64,000 nucleotides of DNA from Styela clava (lineage: Eukaryota). Under the pieces are notes generated by a model. That model saw nothing but the letters and a program-made list of their open reading frames with translations, did no database searches and had not been told where the DNA came from. A program made the position numbers and the translations under genes. Location: assembly GCF_964204865.1 (NCBI RefSeq), contig NC_135263.1:11842001-11906000 (forward strand), read 5' to 3'. Within the stretch, counting starts at the first letter, position 1, and every line of letters starts with the position of its first letter. Below, one piece after another: positions 41,125-55,092 of this stretch.

Positions 41125-41959
41125 TAGATATGTACCGATACCACTTTTATCGCCGATACCGATCCGATACCAGCTAAAACAGCCGATACCGCTACGCCGA
41201 TATTCGAAAATAACCGATATTCCGATACTATATAATTATTACCTCAAGTGCGCAAGGCAGACGGTTTAAGTTAATACAATAGTCTTTGAGCATTATAAAT
41301 AGTGCACATTATTTCGGATCAAAAATGAGAAATATCACACACACATATATATATATATTAAGCAGAAGTAGATGTTTGGGATCTGAATGCCTTAATTGAT
41401 CCAGGTGCACTGAACACTGGCGCTTGCAATCTCGATGTTCAATTAGAAAACTAATAGGATTTGGCTACTGTTGGTGGTAAAATAAATAAATGTTTAGCCT
41501 ACGTATCGTATGAAACTGATACATTGAGTTACGCGCAGGATTTTGTGCCAATAGAACGTAGTATTTTATATTTTGCGCATCGGAACATCAACTAATATTC
41601 GATTGAAATATTTCTTCCTAATTACCATGTAATATATATTAAAAATTTTAATTTAAAATTTTGGCAGCAAAAATACTCAAAACGATTGAGCAAGTTTGGC
41701 TGATAAATAACTAAGAACAGGTAAGAATCCCATTCTCGTTTCTACTGGCGGAGTTGGGGACGTGTATGTTCGATTCCCCCAAGCAAAAAATAATTTAAAC
41801 ATCAGTATTCTAACTTATTTTTTAAAACATTCTGGATCATATCAAAAACGTCAACATATAGGAAATATATATCGGTCTTCATTTAGCCGATATCGATACA
41901 CTACTGAAAATTTGACCGATATTGATGATACCCGATACCGACACACCGGTACATCCCTA
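41125..41959. mobile_element. hAT (Ac-like) non-autonomous element with CCGATA(C) subterminal repeats
   Basis: Imperfect TIR TAGATATGTACCG / CGGTACATCCCTA; clusters of CCGATA at both ends; no TSD. Confidence 0.75.
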
Positions 41960-43183
41960 ATTTTAAATAACATTGGTTCTTACTTACCTACATCTTACAA
42001 CCAGTTTGGTTTCAAGCGTGGTCACGGGACTGCATGTGCATTTTTACAATGAAGCAGCTAGCTACCTATTATTTCAAAAAATCATTACCAGTTTTTATAG
42101 CTTTCTTGGATGCCACTAAAGCTTTTGATAAAGTTAATCATTGGACGCTATTTCGTAAATTATTCAACAGAAGAATCCCTAAAATATTTTTGTCGCTGAT
42201 TGTACACATGTATCGTAATCAATCCATGTTTGTTAGATGGGGTAGCAGTGTGTCAGATCCTTTCTCTGTTCATAATGGTACCACGCAAGTTAGTATCTTA
42301 AGTCCATATTTATATGCCGTTTTCGTGGATGACCTCTCTGTTAAGTTGAATCAAGAGACTACTGGATGTGTAGCAAATACCAATATTATCAATCATATTT
42401 TTTATGCCAAAGCCCTCTAACGTCTACTTAACATATGCGAAAAATACTTTATTGAACATGACATCTTGTACAACTCGAAAAAATCTGTTTGTATGTGTAT
42501 CCAGAATAAAAAGTTTAGGTTGAATGATTTGCCTGATATCAACTTTTGTAATTCTGTATTGACATATGTTTCGTCCACTAAATATCTTGGTGTTTTCCTA
42601 TCCAATGATCTTGGAGATGACCTTGGCTTGAAACGCCACTATAAATCAATTTATTTTACAGCCCATACTATTTTGAAAAAATTTGTCAATTGTTCCACTA
42701 CTGTGAAAAATCTTTTATTTACGACGTTATTGTTGTTGTAGTATTTATAACTGCCAGCTCTGGTTGTTTTTCAATAATTATATTTTTTTAAAAGTTAAAA
42801 CTTCATATAATAATACTTATCGCGTAAATCACTGTGTTTCTAAATCTGAGAGTGTCCGTCACAAAATGGTATCTGGGAACATTCCATCTTTCGAAGCACT
42901 CCATAGAAAAAATCTGTGGTTGTTCATGACAAGATGCAGGAACTCCAATAACATCCATTTACAATCAATATTTGATTCCCAGATACTGTTTGTGACGGGC
43001 TATCTTGGATTCTATAGTTCACTTTTGAATTCTTAGATTACTGTATTAACTCTTTTTGAGATATACTAATCTGATTGTCGTATTAGGTATTTTATGTATT
43101 TATTGTATTATTTTTGCTTATGTTTATTTGTTTGTGTTATTTTTATATGGACCGCAGCGGTCTGGAGTAATAAACGAATTGAA
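41960..43183 (+). mobile_element. 5'-truncated, inactivated non-LTR retrotransposon (LINE; RT + C-terminal domain + 3' end), RTEX/Proto2-like, clade unverified
   Basis: RT motifs NQFGFK, FLDATKAFDKVNH, NGxxQxxILSP, KYLG. Frameshifts near 42033 and 42730; YADD reduced to YA(KAL*) with in-frame stop at 42418-42420. 3' stem-loop GACCGC-A-GCGGTC (43150-43162), AATAAA (43169-43174), short GAATT tail. Confidence 0.9.
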
Positions 43184-44717
43184 CTAGGCTATATTTGTTT
43201 ATTTTAGAAAAGTGTCCATATGGGTCGCTTTGCTAAACCGTAGTTGAAGCAACAAACTGGGACAGTGCGGATGGGAAAAGCCAACCTTTGTTCGATTACA
43301 GAGGCTTAGTAGTAGTTTAAACGTGGGTGGATTACAGGCATCAAAATTAGCCGTATATCCTATTAAAATATCCTCTATTGGTCTTTGCTCCAAATAATGG
43401 AAATCGTTTAACTCATTAGAAAACTTGCACTTTATTTTCGGCACTTTGATGATTGAATGACGGTAGACTTGGTTTTTGAATTAACGCATGGTTCATACGA
43501 TTTTACATTTACTGAAACGGAGGAAGAAGTCGCAGAAATTTACCTTTTTTTCTCATTCAATTCCAGTCAAGTCGTATAACTTCGGATTATTCCCAAGCCG
43601 CAAAAGGAAAGTTCAAGTCGATATTCCTTGGCGAAACTGTGGCATAGTTTACCTACCGGGTACGAAGTGGACCTATTGATATTTTACATTGGTCGATATT
43701 TATATATATCGGTCAGCGAAGTTGGGAGATTTTTGAAAAGAAGGACTACCGGTACTGTGTGAAAGATTTGATACTACCTCGTTTTGGGTCTCGTGTTAAT
43801 ATATTTGAGCGCAGCTCCTTTGTTTTCAATATACTTTATGTTGCAAAGCAAGAATGATGAATACCAAATAGATGAGTAACTTTGTCGACGCATAAACCAA
43901 ATACTCACTACAGTTCCGCCCTTTTATGCCATTTTATGATTGTCTCGATATTTAGAGAGATGAAACATATTTTCTATGTGAAACAAAGGTAATCATGGAG
44001 AACGGCGTTGTAAATATCGTAATTTCATCTTATGTTAGACGCTGTAACGTAATTATTTGACTTTCGTGTCCATATATTTGATAAAAGTATTTATTATGTT
44101 AATATTATAACATTGGTAAATAACTAATAAGCAGCTCTATTCCATTAGTGCAACGAAACAATTAAAGCGGTAGCATCGTAACGTAATGCTCGCTAGGTAA
44201 GCTTTTTTGTTAATTAGTACGTCAAGCTACACAACGATGTCTCATAAGTGGGTGAAACATGCGATAAGGAAGGCGTCGGCAGGTACATAAAGGTTCACTG
44301 GCATTGTCCCAACTATGAAGTACGACAACTGGGGGATGCGATATTGCTACAAACAATAATAAATATACTAAAGTAGGCGTTGTCAAACTACGACACACTG
44401 GTGTTTTTTAATCTCGAGGCCCGTGCTTCATCGTCCAGGCCCAGTCAGCGTGTTCCCTGCCGGTGTATATGATAAGTCGTATTCATAATACATTTTTATA
44501 AGTAACAGATAGTTTTATTTACTAATAAAAAATATCTATCACCCTCTAAACTCCATAGTTGGAGTTTTCGTTGCATTCTGTTTCATCCGTCAAAATACGA
44601 GCATTTTTGATGGGTAATAAGGTTCATTCTTTACTTGCGTCATCGAATTATTAAACCCATTGTGCAGCTTTTCAGCACACTGAATCTTCTGATGGTTTAC
44701 AGTCGAGCTGATTTATG

Positions 44718-45874
44718 CAGGGCTGCCACTTTTTTCTGACTAAAAACATCTAGATTGACCTCGAAAAACATCTAGAAACATCTGGATTGAAAAATAAAAC
44801 ATCTAGAAAATACATCTAGATATGAAGTCATTGAATTCAATAAAAATTAACGACACAAGAGCATACAAAGTTTATTATATTACATAATAATAAATGTCGG
44901 AGAAGCTAACATATGTTAATGTTGTTGCTTCAGAGGGATTTTCATAATTTTTTGCAGTACCTGTTTTCTTGACAACCGAATCAACGAGAATATCTGTCGG
45001 AGATCGAAGACTTATCGATCGAAACTGCGGTTTCGAGTCATGACTCTATAGTGACACCGCGTGTCCCATCACTAATTATTTAATACCTCGCTAATTATAA
45101 GACATAATTCATCCAAAATCAATGGCTTCTGGTCCGAGATATAATGAATGCACATGGAGCAGATTCAACCACGCCTTCGTGAGATATCACGTGCATCTAA
45201 CAGACAAACAATCAGACAAATACCTATCAACATACTTATCGATCTTTAGATTAGAACTACTTATAAGAAGCGCAACATTGTTTTTTTTTCGAATCAAGCC
45301 AACTGTTATAACCAGTATTGCATTCAGTAAATTTGTCTTTATGCTGTTTCTCAGTTTATTTTCGCATATAGTTCATAGCACTAAAAAGCAAAGAAAGACA
45401 AATTCAATAGCATTTAAGGTAATTAAAAAATCCTGAAGTAAGCAACTTGAACTGACAAATTATTCTCACCACTTGGCACTGACTCATCGGACAAACGTGG
45501 TTCTTTCTATTCAATTAAAACGTCACATGTTCTAAACTTGTTTAATTCGCTATTCGAATACTGGAATAATTTAATTACAGATGTTACCGCTCAGCCGGTG
45601 GACGAATACCGTACAATTTTTACAACCGAGTTTTATCAACCTTATATCAATATATTTAACTTACTTCTCAGTAATGAAATAATATTCATTCACATTCTAC
45701 AGTATTATACACACCGTTTTATTTATGTCCAACTGGATAATATTCGGAACGTCGAAAAAAATATATATATCTAGATTTTATAGCTAACATCTAAACGCCA
45801 ATTTTTACATCTAGATCTTGAAAAAAAAAAAGAAACTAGGTCTAGAATATAAAACATCTAGGGTGGCAGCCCGG
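44718..45874. mobile_element. hAT (Blackjack-like) non-autonomous element with AAACATCTAG subterminal repeats
   Basis: TIR CAGGGCTGCCAC / GTGGCAGCCCGG; TSD GATTTATG/TATTCATG (6/8); multiple (A)CATCTAG copies at both ends. Confidence 0.8.
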
Positions 45875-48800
45875 TATTCATGAGCGAACCCGCCCGCTGC
45901 ACTAGTATGCCTTCTGCTGGATACAACATTGGGTAGCATGTTTTGTTCGATTTTAGTTAAGAATACATGCTTACATTAATTTTGTCTCAAAATAAGTATG
46001 GGATAAGATTCGATTTATTTCTATGGTTTGTGGTAGCTTGTCTTTTTTCGTAATAGTAATTCAAATATCACATGTGAAATGTTCATAATAATGTTCTGAA
46101 CAATTGTATGGGAACTTTTAAGTCAATGTGGGTAATATATTTTTAATTGATTTAGGCGGAAAAGAAGATCAGTGGTACAAATCTGGCTTTTAAAACCATT
46201 CCGAAAGTCAGAAAGGAAAGACTTTTCCGTATGATCTTACGAGCTACAGTTCCCATCCGAACGGACCCACTTATTAACTATCAATAATCACACTCTACTA
46301 TATGATTTTGGTAGAATGGGATATTTAATAACTATAAGTACACTGAATTAACTTTGTGAAATCTTACCGTTTTTTTTTCAATTGATTAAGTTGAGGTAAT
46401 TCAGTTTTAAAGATAAAAATAGAGTATGTGAGCTTTGGTACGTGAACATTATATTAGTTATACCTACATGTAGTTGGCAGGCCACATTTATCTGAAATAG
46501 AACAAAATGGAAACAAATTGCTGGAAAACAAATAGACTTTTGTTGTTGAACTTCATCGTTTTGTTAATGTTGTAAGTACAAGAAAATCACTTTTTCTCTG
46601 TGATTAATCAATTTCAAATATTCATTTATCAGAACAAACTGCAAATGAAGATGAAAGTGACCTATCCCTATATTATTCGGTGATGATGTTGATGAAGCCG
46701 CTATGTTGAATCTACATAAATTTTGCAATCGAAGAAAATTGCGCCACCATGCGTGAGCTTTCACGCATTGTCATCTTATTATTATATTATTATCGTAGAA
46801 TATTTCGAAATATTGAACAACCCGCCATACATAGGACAATGAATTTCAGCTCAATCTATTTTTTTACCGAACTGAATTTATTTTTCAAAACAGAAGTTTG
46901 TTTCAGAGTCACCATAAAATCAATGAGTTGTATTTGACTACCGTAAATTGCCAAATAATGTGGTAAAATTACAAGTATTATTATAACGATAAACAAACAA
47001 ATCTAGCACTGGTTTTAGTTAATTTCGTCTAAAAACAGTCCACAATACGGACAAATATCTGCGGCTCTTACACGACGAATATGGGTCTACAATGATTGGT
47101 TACAAAGCCAGTGCACGATGCACTGTATACATGGGCAAATGTACGACAAATTTGTAAACAACGTATGTTTACAACGTAACAACAGTTGCAAACTGTTTTG
47201 TTCAAATTATGAGCAACTGCACTGCAGAGTTATTGTAATAAAATTGATTCGTGAATTCATATATGGGAGTTTTTTCATGTGACAGGCACGCATCCCCCTC
47301 CCCCCCCCCCTAATTCATGTACAACGCTGATTAGAAATTTCCAGTACCACTTCATTTACTAATGGGTCAAAGATCCCGGAGCATCAATATGAGATGAAAG
47401 TAAAGCCAAATTAAATTAAGAGCTTAGAGTTTATCATGAAATAATAATTGTTTAACAAATCTTGCAATCAGGAAAATTGGGCATACGGATTATTCACGAG
47501 GTAAGAATGCATAAGTTCACGGATCAATCAACTTTAAATAACCAAGAATTGATTTGGTAAAACTATGACCTCGGAATAGTTTACAAAAAATTCACAAGCG
47601 TACTGTAGAGTGTTCAAGATGATTTATATATATCAGATAAATTGTCAAATGTAGAAATTTATTGTTAATAAATTCGAGAGAGACAGAGGTCTTGATTTCA
47701 GATTTTTGCGGCAATTATGTCACTCTAAGCTCTTTTTGCATATCCGATTACGTCCCGTCAAAGTTAGAAAAGTGCAAAGTTTTAACATTTTTAAATGACA
47801 CGACAGAGTGTTGAGGCGCTGGAGTTTGGAGTTTCGAATGGTGGATTTGCCAACCCTGTTTCAAGTCAGCAAAAACAGTATTTAATAATAGAAAAATTAG
47901 TTTTATGAATCATATATATAGTTTGTTCATTGTGCTTTATTGCGATGCTGATTACCATTAGTGAGGTGTCTTCTGTGCTAATAATCGGTAGAAGATTGCT
48001 GGACTCGAAGAACAAGAAAAATAGTTCTAACAACAACAAAATAATAACAAAACGAGCCATATGTTCATTTCATGTCCAAAAATGCAACAGCGGCTTCTAT
48101 CTTCTTTTATTGTGTTATTGTTCATACTGAAATCGATATTTGACGTGACATTACGTGAAGCACGAATGATTCGAAACGACAAGTATATGCAACACGTTGC
48201 ATAACATGATTGCAGTAAATATATTGCATAACATGGGAATTTGAACATTAATTGGAAACTGAATGTCGTTATTAATCTTATTAAAATTGGGTGGTCGTGG
48301 TTCATAAATTTCACAATTTATTTTGACATTTTATCGTTTATTACGAAAGTCTATCTAGCCAATCTCACATGATGAGGCAAGGGATATTTCCAAAGATCAT
48401 AATCACATGAAGTATCTAAATGTCAAGCTATTTTCGGTAACTTTAAAGATTCGGAACAACAACGGACTGTTTCCAAATATATATAGTAGCAGGTATTCCA
48501 CACAAACGCTTTGCATTGTCGCAACCTAATACATATTGCTGCAGTTTTACCGAAGCGGAATGCAGAAATATTATATATATGAAGTTTCCAATATCTTCAA
48601 ACGTTTGTTTTAAATCAGTATACCAAAGTGATTTACGCTGTTTCATATTTATGTGTTTAACAAGATGAATTCGATTAGAACAAGATTTAGTGCAGTGAGA
48701 ACAGTACTCCTGGTAACAGAAGAGTTAATTAAACCAGTCTCGTATAGGGGGGTTGGGACGGACTATCCCATATGCCAACTTCAAGCGTTTAGTATTATAA

Positions 48801-51800
48801 CATGAACTGAAAATTTATTTTATTTTCCCTTTCTCCTCATCAAAATTTTAAATACCCGCACTGTCACACGTAAATGAGAAATGATAAATAAGTGGAAAAC
48901 GTTAATGACAATCAAGCAGTTCTGATAATAAGTGGATATGTTGCTGAGATAAATGTGCCAAAATTAATATATTTCTTTATTTAAAGTAAATAAAAAATTC
49001 GTCGTCGATACGACAATATTTCGTCTATAAACAACCTACTACTATTTTAGTCGGATAACATTAAAAAATTTTGTTATGTTATGATTGAATCTGTTTTTTT
49101 TCCGGAGTTGCCAAGCCCAGTAATCCCAAAATTGCATCCAATAATGTGCTCCAATTACGACAGAACATTCTATACCAGAATGTTATTCGAGAGTAGAAAA
49201 AGGAAACGAAAACATTCAATGTCTCATACACTACGTTCTAGGAACTACACATGTGAGATATAAATAAATGAAAAATGGAAATAGGGCTTTTTACCAATAC
49301 CGATAAAAGAATATGCAAACTAATATAATGCCATTGCCGTGTATTTGTCACATCTAACTCGTATGCCAAGCTCAATTGTTTTATTTTATATTCATAAATG
49401 ATTGTACAAAATGTTTAGTGATTTGATTAAACTCAGTTCTAAATTTACATCGTTCTATGAAAACTATGGTATATTTTCCTCGTAACGAAATCTTTAAAAC
49501 AATCTTTCCCGATATCGTCTACGCATGGTAAAACAATTATGGCGTCTCATTCCGACAAACACGTACCGTCTTACTCACAGATCACAATCTAAGGAAGACT
49601 AAGATCAAGTGTTTTCATATCTAGGTATTTTATCAGTCGTTTTCGAGATACAATTTTACGCTGCTTCACTTTTGTCAGAGATGAAGAATGATGGCATGTT
49701 TTTGCTGTCCTAAAGTAAATATTCTGAGAATAAAACGGTAACAATACAATTTTGTTTCTACACTTGGCTTTAGCTTTTTTTTAACCACACACAAATAAAC
49801 TACTCTGTACTACTATTCACAGTTTTGAGTAGATATCAACATACATCTCACATTTAGGCATAAAAATTAAGAATTTAATATTGCAATGGAATTTTTCTTT
49901 TTTTTATAATTAGGAGAAATAAAATAAAAAACTTCGCAAAATAGCATTTCGTGCTGAACAATATAAAATATGTCACTCAATTTTACTCGCAATTTCATGC
50001 GATTCTACTAGAACGGATTCTATGGTATATATGGGCTTTTTACCACAAAAATAAAGCAAAACTATTATATGTTGTAGACAAATGTCTGAAGCATATTTGC
50101 ATGCAAGAATGTTAGTAACTGCATGCTGTTACGTTGGTAACCGCTCACTCAGTGTCGACTTCAGTCGCGCAGTCTCTAGAACCACATCTATAATCCCAAA
50201 TGCACACACCTAAGGCAAAAGTCACGGCCTACAGTTTCTAAATTTTACCCTCTCGATAAAATAAGAGATGGTCTTAAAGTTTATTGCACAATATTAGTTG
50301 ACTGAATATCTTAAATCACTACGAAACCGTATACGTACCTTAGATGTGCAGTCGCTTGCTATTATAGGAGAACTCATATGTTCCGTAGCGAATACAAAAA
50401 AAATCTTTTGAAATTGTGGCAGCGTCTTATTTTGGTGACCTCACATGTTGATGAAGTTTTTTTTATGTTTCTCGATAGAAAAATTCTGGTAAAATGTTTT
50501 AATCATATGACTGAACACAGCCTTCTGAGCAGTTATCAGTATGAAGTATATAGTAAGAGCTCTAATCAGGTGATAATTCCAGATGCATGGACGAGGCATC
50601 AGAAACCCTTTTTCTCTATTATCGACGTGATGCTCACTTTCCATATAAATAAATCTCTTCCAAATGTGATGCATTGTAATTTTTCATGCTGATTTATCGT
50701 GAAACTGATTTATAAAATTGTCAAATTATATAAAGTATTTGCATATTGTATGAACTTGTTAATTATATTACTTCGATGTCACGCTAGTTTGATTTAATAA
50801 TATTGATAATTTCAGAGTTGGTATATACAAACTTTTATCACTTCCGAGAATTTATGACAAATGTGCGTAGCAAAATGATAGCCGGATCATATTTTTCTTG
50901 CAAAAATATTATTCAGCAAATATCACAGTTAAAGATTTTTTTTATCCCTAAAGTAAATAAACGATGACACACACACTTACTGTAAGACCAAAAAATTGAG
51001 TTATTCGTCAAGCGATAAAGAAAGATCTTATTTGGATGTATCTCGAATGCTTGGCCGATTTATGTTACGTGTCTTATGCTTAAATGTGCTTTATTACGTA
51101 TTTTTAGTTGTTTCGTCATAGTCGCTTGTGGGCGTGGATTTCTTTCACTACTAAATACGTTTTTGTGACCGTAGCATAAGTATATTTATCAAAATACTCA
51201 TAGATAGGCTATAATTGTGATGAGAAAGTACATATTATCAATTTCTCGATGACGTAATTTTAATCAAATCAAAGGATCGTTAAGTTCCAAATAACTCTGC
51301 TGCACAATAGACAACTGTATAGAATAAAGACAAGTATCTTTGTGTAATATAATGTTTTAAAATAGCAAGCTTTCCTGTTTTTGTGATAACCATCTGCATT
51401 TCGACATCGTAAAAAGTGTGCGTTCGTCATTTTTATTTGTCATAGGTTCTCATCCAGCGGCTTAAACCAGTTTTCGTGGTCAATAATAAACGTTTTTGGA
51501 AATTTTTTTTCTATTGCCATCTGTGGAATCAAAACTTTCCCCAAAAATGAATCGTTATAGCATATTAGTTAAAAAGTAACAGTTACTTTTCGTCAATTCA
51601 CGATTTTTATTATAATTCTTAGCATGACAATGTTTACTAATTAAGCAACACAGAATTTCGAACCTATTCTGTGTACACGGATATATATCAAACGTGTTTG
51701 CAAATAATTTTCTTGCCAAACGACCAGATTGAAACGCTAAATTTTGTATAATTCTTCAACTCAAAACATACAAGTATACTTAACGTCATTTTTGTTGAAA

Positions 51801-54800
51801 TATGCGACAGATCTTAACTTTGATAATAACTCAAGACGCCGAGCAGTTGTCGTCTCAAAATACTCCGCAAAAAAACTACAGTAGAATTAACTAAAAATTT
51901 GCAATTAAATGAGACTATTTACGTCGAAATGAACGTGAAACTTGTAATTATTTTTGAAAACATAAAGATATACGAAGTATATAAAAAGTGGTTATCTTGA
52001 TAAATGTGAGAGGATTTTGTTTATCGGTAGTACATTACAACCGGTCGTCTCGCACCAAAGGCTAGTCAGTAACATTTTGAAAGTCAGGTGTATAGTTATT
52101 GAAACACAGTAGTATATAATCAACCTATTTTTAATTAGTAATGTTGTCACCTGCACCATACATGCATATACGTTAATCATCGTTCAGCTCAGCGAGGAAG
52201 TAAATATCTACCGATGACAAATTTTGCAATAAATCAGTTAATTAGGTTGCATATATTGAATAAAAATATAAATCGCGAGATGATTTTGTAAACGTACCGT
52301 ACAACATTTAATAGAAAAAAGTTTTATGAGGGCAGTGCAATTTAGTTTTGAATCGAGTTTTTCTCTAGAGAACAAAGTTGTATGTGGGGAGTGATAATTT
52401 TTGAGATGGACTGTCGAAAAATGGACCATGATTGCAGTTTATTAAAAATACAAAATGACAACCAGTATATGGGTTCAAAGGGCCTAACCTCACAAAAATG
52501 TCATTAGGTTTGGGAGAAGGTCCCTACCAAAGACCCAAATAGTTGACACGGAAACGTAAACTAGATGCATTAATGTGAGTTTTGCTTATTCAAAATTTTA
52601 CGAGAAACGAGCGACGAGGTAAATGCATCGTATAACGACTCTTAAGAAGTTTATATTCTTTTTCATGACTCAAATTTACTGCGAATATATATTCATTGGC
52701 ATGTACAATTTCCAATTTTAAGGGTATAGGCTCAAAATTTGAAAAGTACTGTATATAAAACGTAACCGTCTAATTGATTATAATCTTCACATGACGTAAT
52801 TAATATCAAAATGAAATCTAATTTTTTATGATAATTGTTGTTTAATTATTCGACTGTTGAAATAATTTTCATAGTGACTTGTATTTTATAGTTAATTCAT
52901 CAAATAGCATCAATAAAACTGGGACGAGGATTTTTGAAATCTCAGACAAGTCACGCAATCACTTACAATTAATACCGTCGCAATAAATTTTTAACGTAAT
53001 ACCATACATTGGAAGACACGTACATATTTAAGCTGAAATGCCGACAATAATTATCAAGTTAATCAGCCTTTGCAATGTTAATTATGCCGAAATGAAAATG
53101 AAACAATAATTTATAGTTTCAAGAAAAATTTGTCGAATTTTGCTTAAATGGGTACGAGTCCAACTGGTTGTCGATGGTACGATATGCAGCTCGGCCTTAT
53201 AACTTACTTTCAATATTAAATACTAACATTATGTACAATTATTTTCAATCAAATGCAACCGCTATATCCGTCATGCACTAGAAATACACCAAAATATGAG
53301 CATATTTCTTTAAAAAATTCATGGGCCATTTACTCCTAATTTAAATATTTATGCAACGTCAATTGCACATTTTTATCTTTTAATTCTTATACTGTACATG
53401 CATTTCTTCCGTGACACACGTTTGGTCACGAAAGCTACAATAATTTATTTACAATCAAACATACCATTTAAATATTTGAATGCTGCATGCCATTTGTTAG
53501 CGGACAATATTTCTATATTAAGTATTGTCGTGCGTTGTTGTGCATCGGGTAAACTTTTGCCATCATGATATGATTGCTGCAAGACCTTTAAAACACATTT
53601 TGTTGCAAAATACAAAGTGTAGAGTGTAGCATTAATTCCATCAAAACAAGTTTGTTACGAACTTTCAATTTAAAACACGGATAATTTCTTCGCTTTTGGT
53701 ATTTCAGAAGACATCGTCACGGCGGTGAAATAGTATTCAGATTCTCTAACTGGAAGTAGACCCAAACAAAAATAATCCAATGAAGTTAATAAAATTACCC
53801 ATCTTTGGTAGTAAAAGTGATATGATGCACAATATGGATGATATAGAATCGTGCTTCGAACCAAATTCTGGGTTTCTCACTTAAAATTCAATTCTAGCCA
53901 GATTCATGAGGAGAGCTCAACCTTACTTACAATTTTGGTTATAAATTTACAAGTTCAAAATGGTGTATCAACTCGTACATCCAATAGTATGCATGCGAAT
54001 GATACACATGCAAGTACATTCGGGTCATATAATATTGGTGTGTTCGAGATTGGACTGGCTGTACGTATATAGGGAAATTTTACCGTCTTCATCTTCCAGG
54101 AATCTAGGTTATGGCCTTATGGGTGTTCGTTATCTGCTTGTGGGCATCTGTAGTTTTGATATTTCAATTCAAAATATAAGTCATGGGAGTCAACAATTAA
54201 CTATGGCGGATAGTTTCACTTCGGAAACGTACTAAAAGAAAGCAAACGTTAATTGCAATTGTGAATGACGCACTTCAAGCTATCGGTTCATGGCCCTTAG
54301 TCGGAATCAACAAAACGTTTCTCACTCCACGATGTCGTGTGAATCATCAATTTTTTATTCGTGCATTTTGGATTTTCTTCAGTTATTCCTCTTATATAAA
54401 CGTTTAAATTACTGGTGACAGAACACTCCCACTTTTAATCAGGATAGTGAGGCTTTCTAGTTTTAATTCGTTGCCTTGTTTCTGTTTGGCATGATATCGA
54501 CAGTTCAAAATATACTTCATCATTTCATTGGGTTCCCTCTACCGAGACTTGAAATGAGTGTTTCGTATTATACTTGATGCAATGCCGATCGATCGTCTTA
54601 GTCCTATGGGCCTCAATAAGCTCTATGCTAGTCAAGATGACAATGGTTTGTTAACAATTACCGAGATTTTTTGAAAACTGAATCGTATGTATGGCATATT
54701 TATAACGAATGACACTGATCAAAAGATGAGACGTCGCCGTGATGCCCAAATTATAGTAAATTGAATAAAAAAAAATTACCTTTCATATTTCAGAATATTT

Positions 54801-54819
54801 AAGCAATGTCAAAATAATT

Positions 54820-55092
54820 ATGACATTGAATACTACTACTGTCTTGTGGACGAATGGTGGGGAGAATATATCTGATGGTTATTATCAAAGATATGTGTCA
54901 TGCAAACACAATGATATGTATTTGCCACGAATTCTGACGACTGTGATGACTGTTGGAATCATTCTTGAAAATACATTACTGTTGGTTGCGATTACAGCAC
55001 ATTGGAAGAAATTTCACTCAAATTTATACAGATTTGTTGCCTCACTTGTATGTGCTGATCTGTTCGTTGGATTGTCAAATTTTGTGGTGTTG
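54820..55092 (+). CDS. GPCR coding exon 1 (N-term, TM1, TM2)
   Basis: N-glycosylation sequons NTT and NIS; ENTLLLVAI; SLVCADLFVGL; donor GTAAGA. Confidence 0.9.

Noticed and set aside
41762-42052. 96-aa ORF as a gene
   Set aside because: Artefactual fusion of MITE sequence to the broken LINE RT frame.
49030-49045. let-7-like sequence (GTAGTAGGTTGT on the minus strand)
   Set aside because: The seed GAGGTAG is absent and no precursor hairpin is visible.
43200-54700. Short ORFs in the intergenic region
   Set aside because: No recognisable domains or consistent exon chain; composition fits non-coding DNA and repeat debris.
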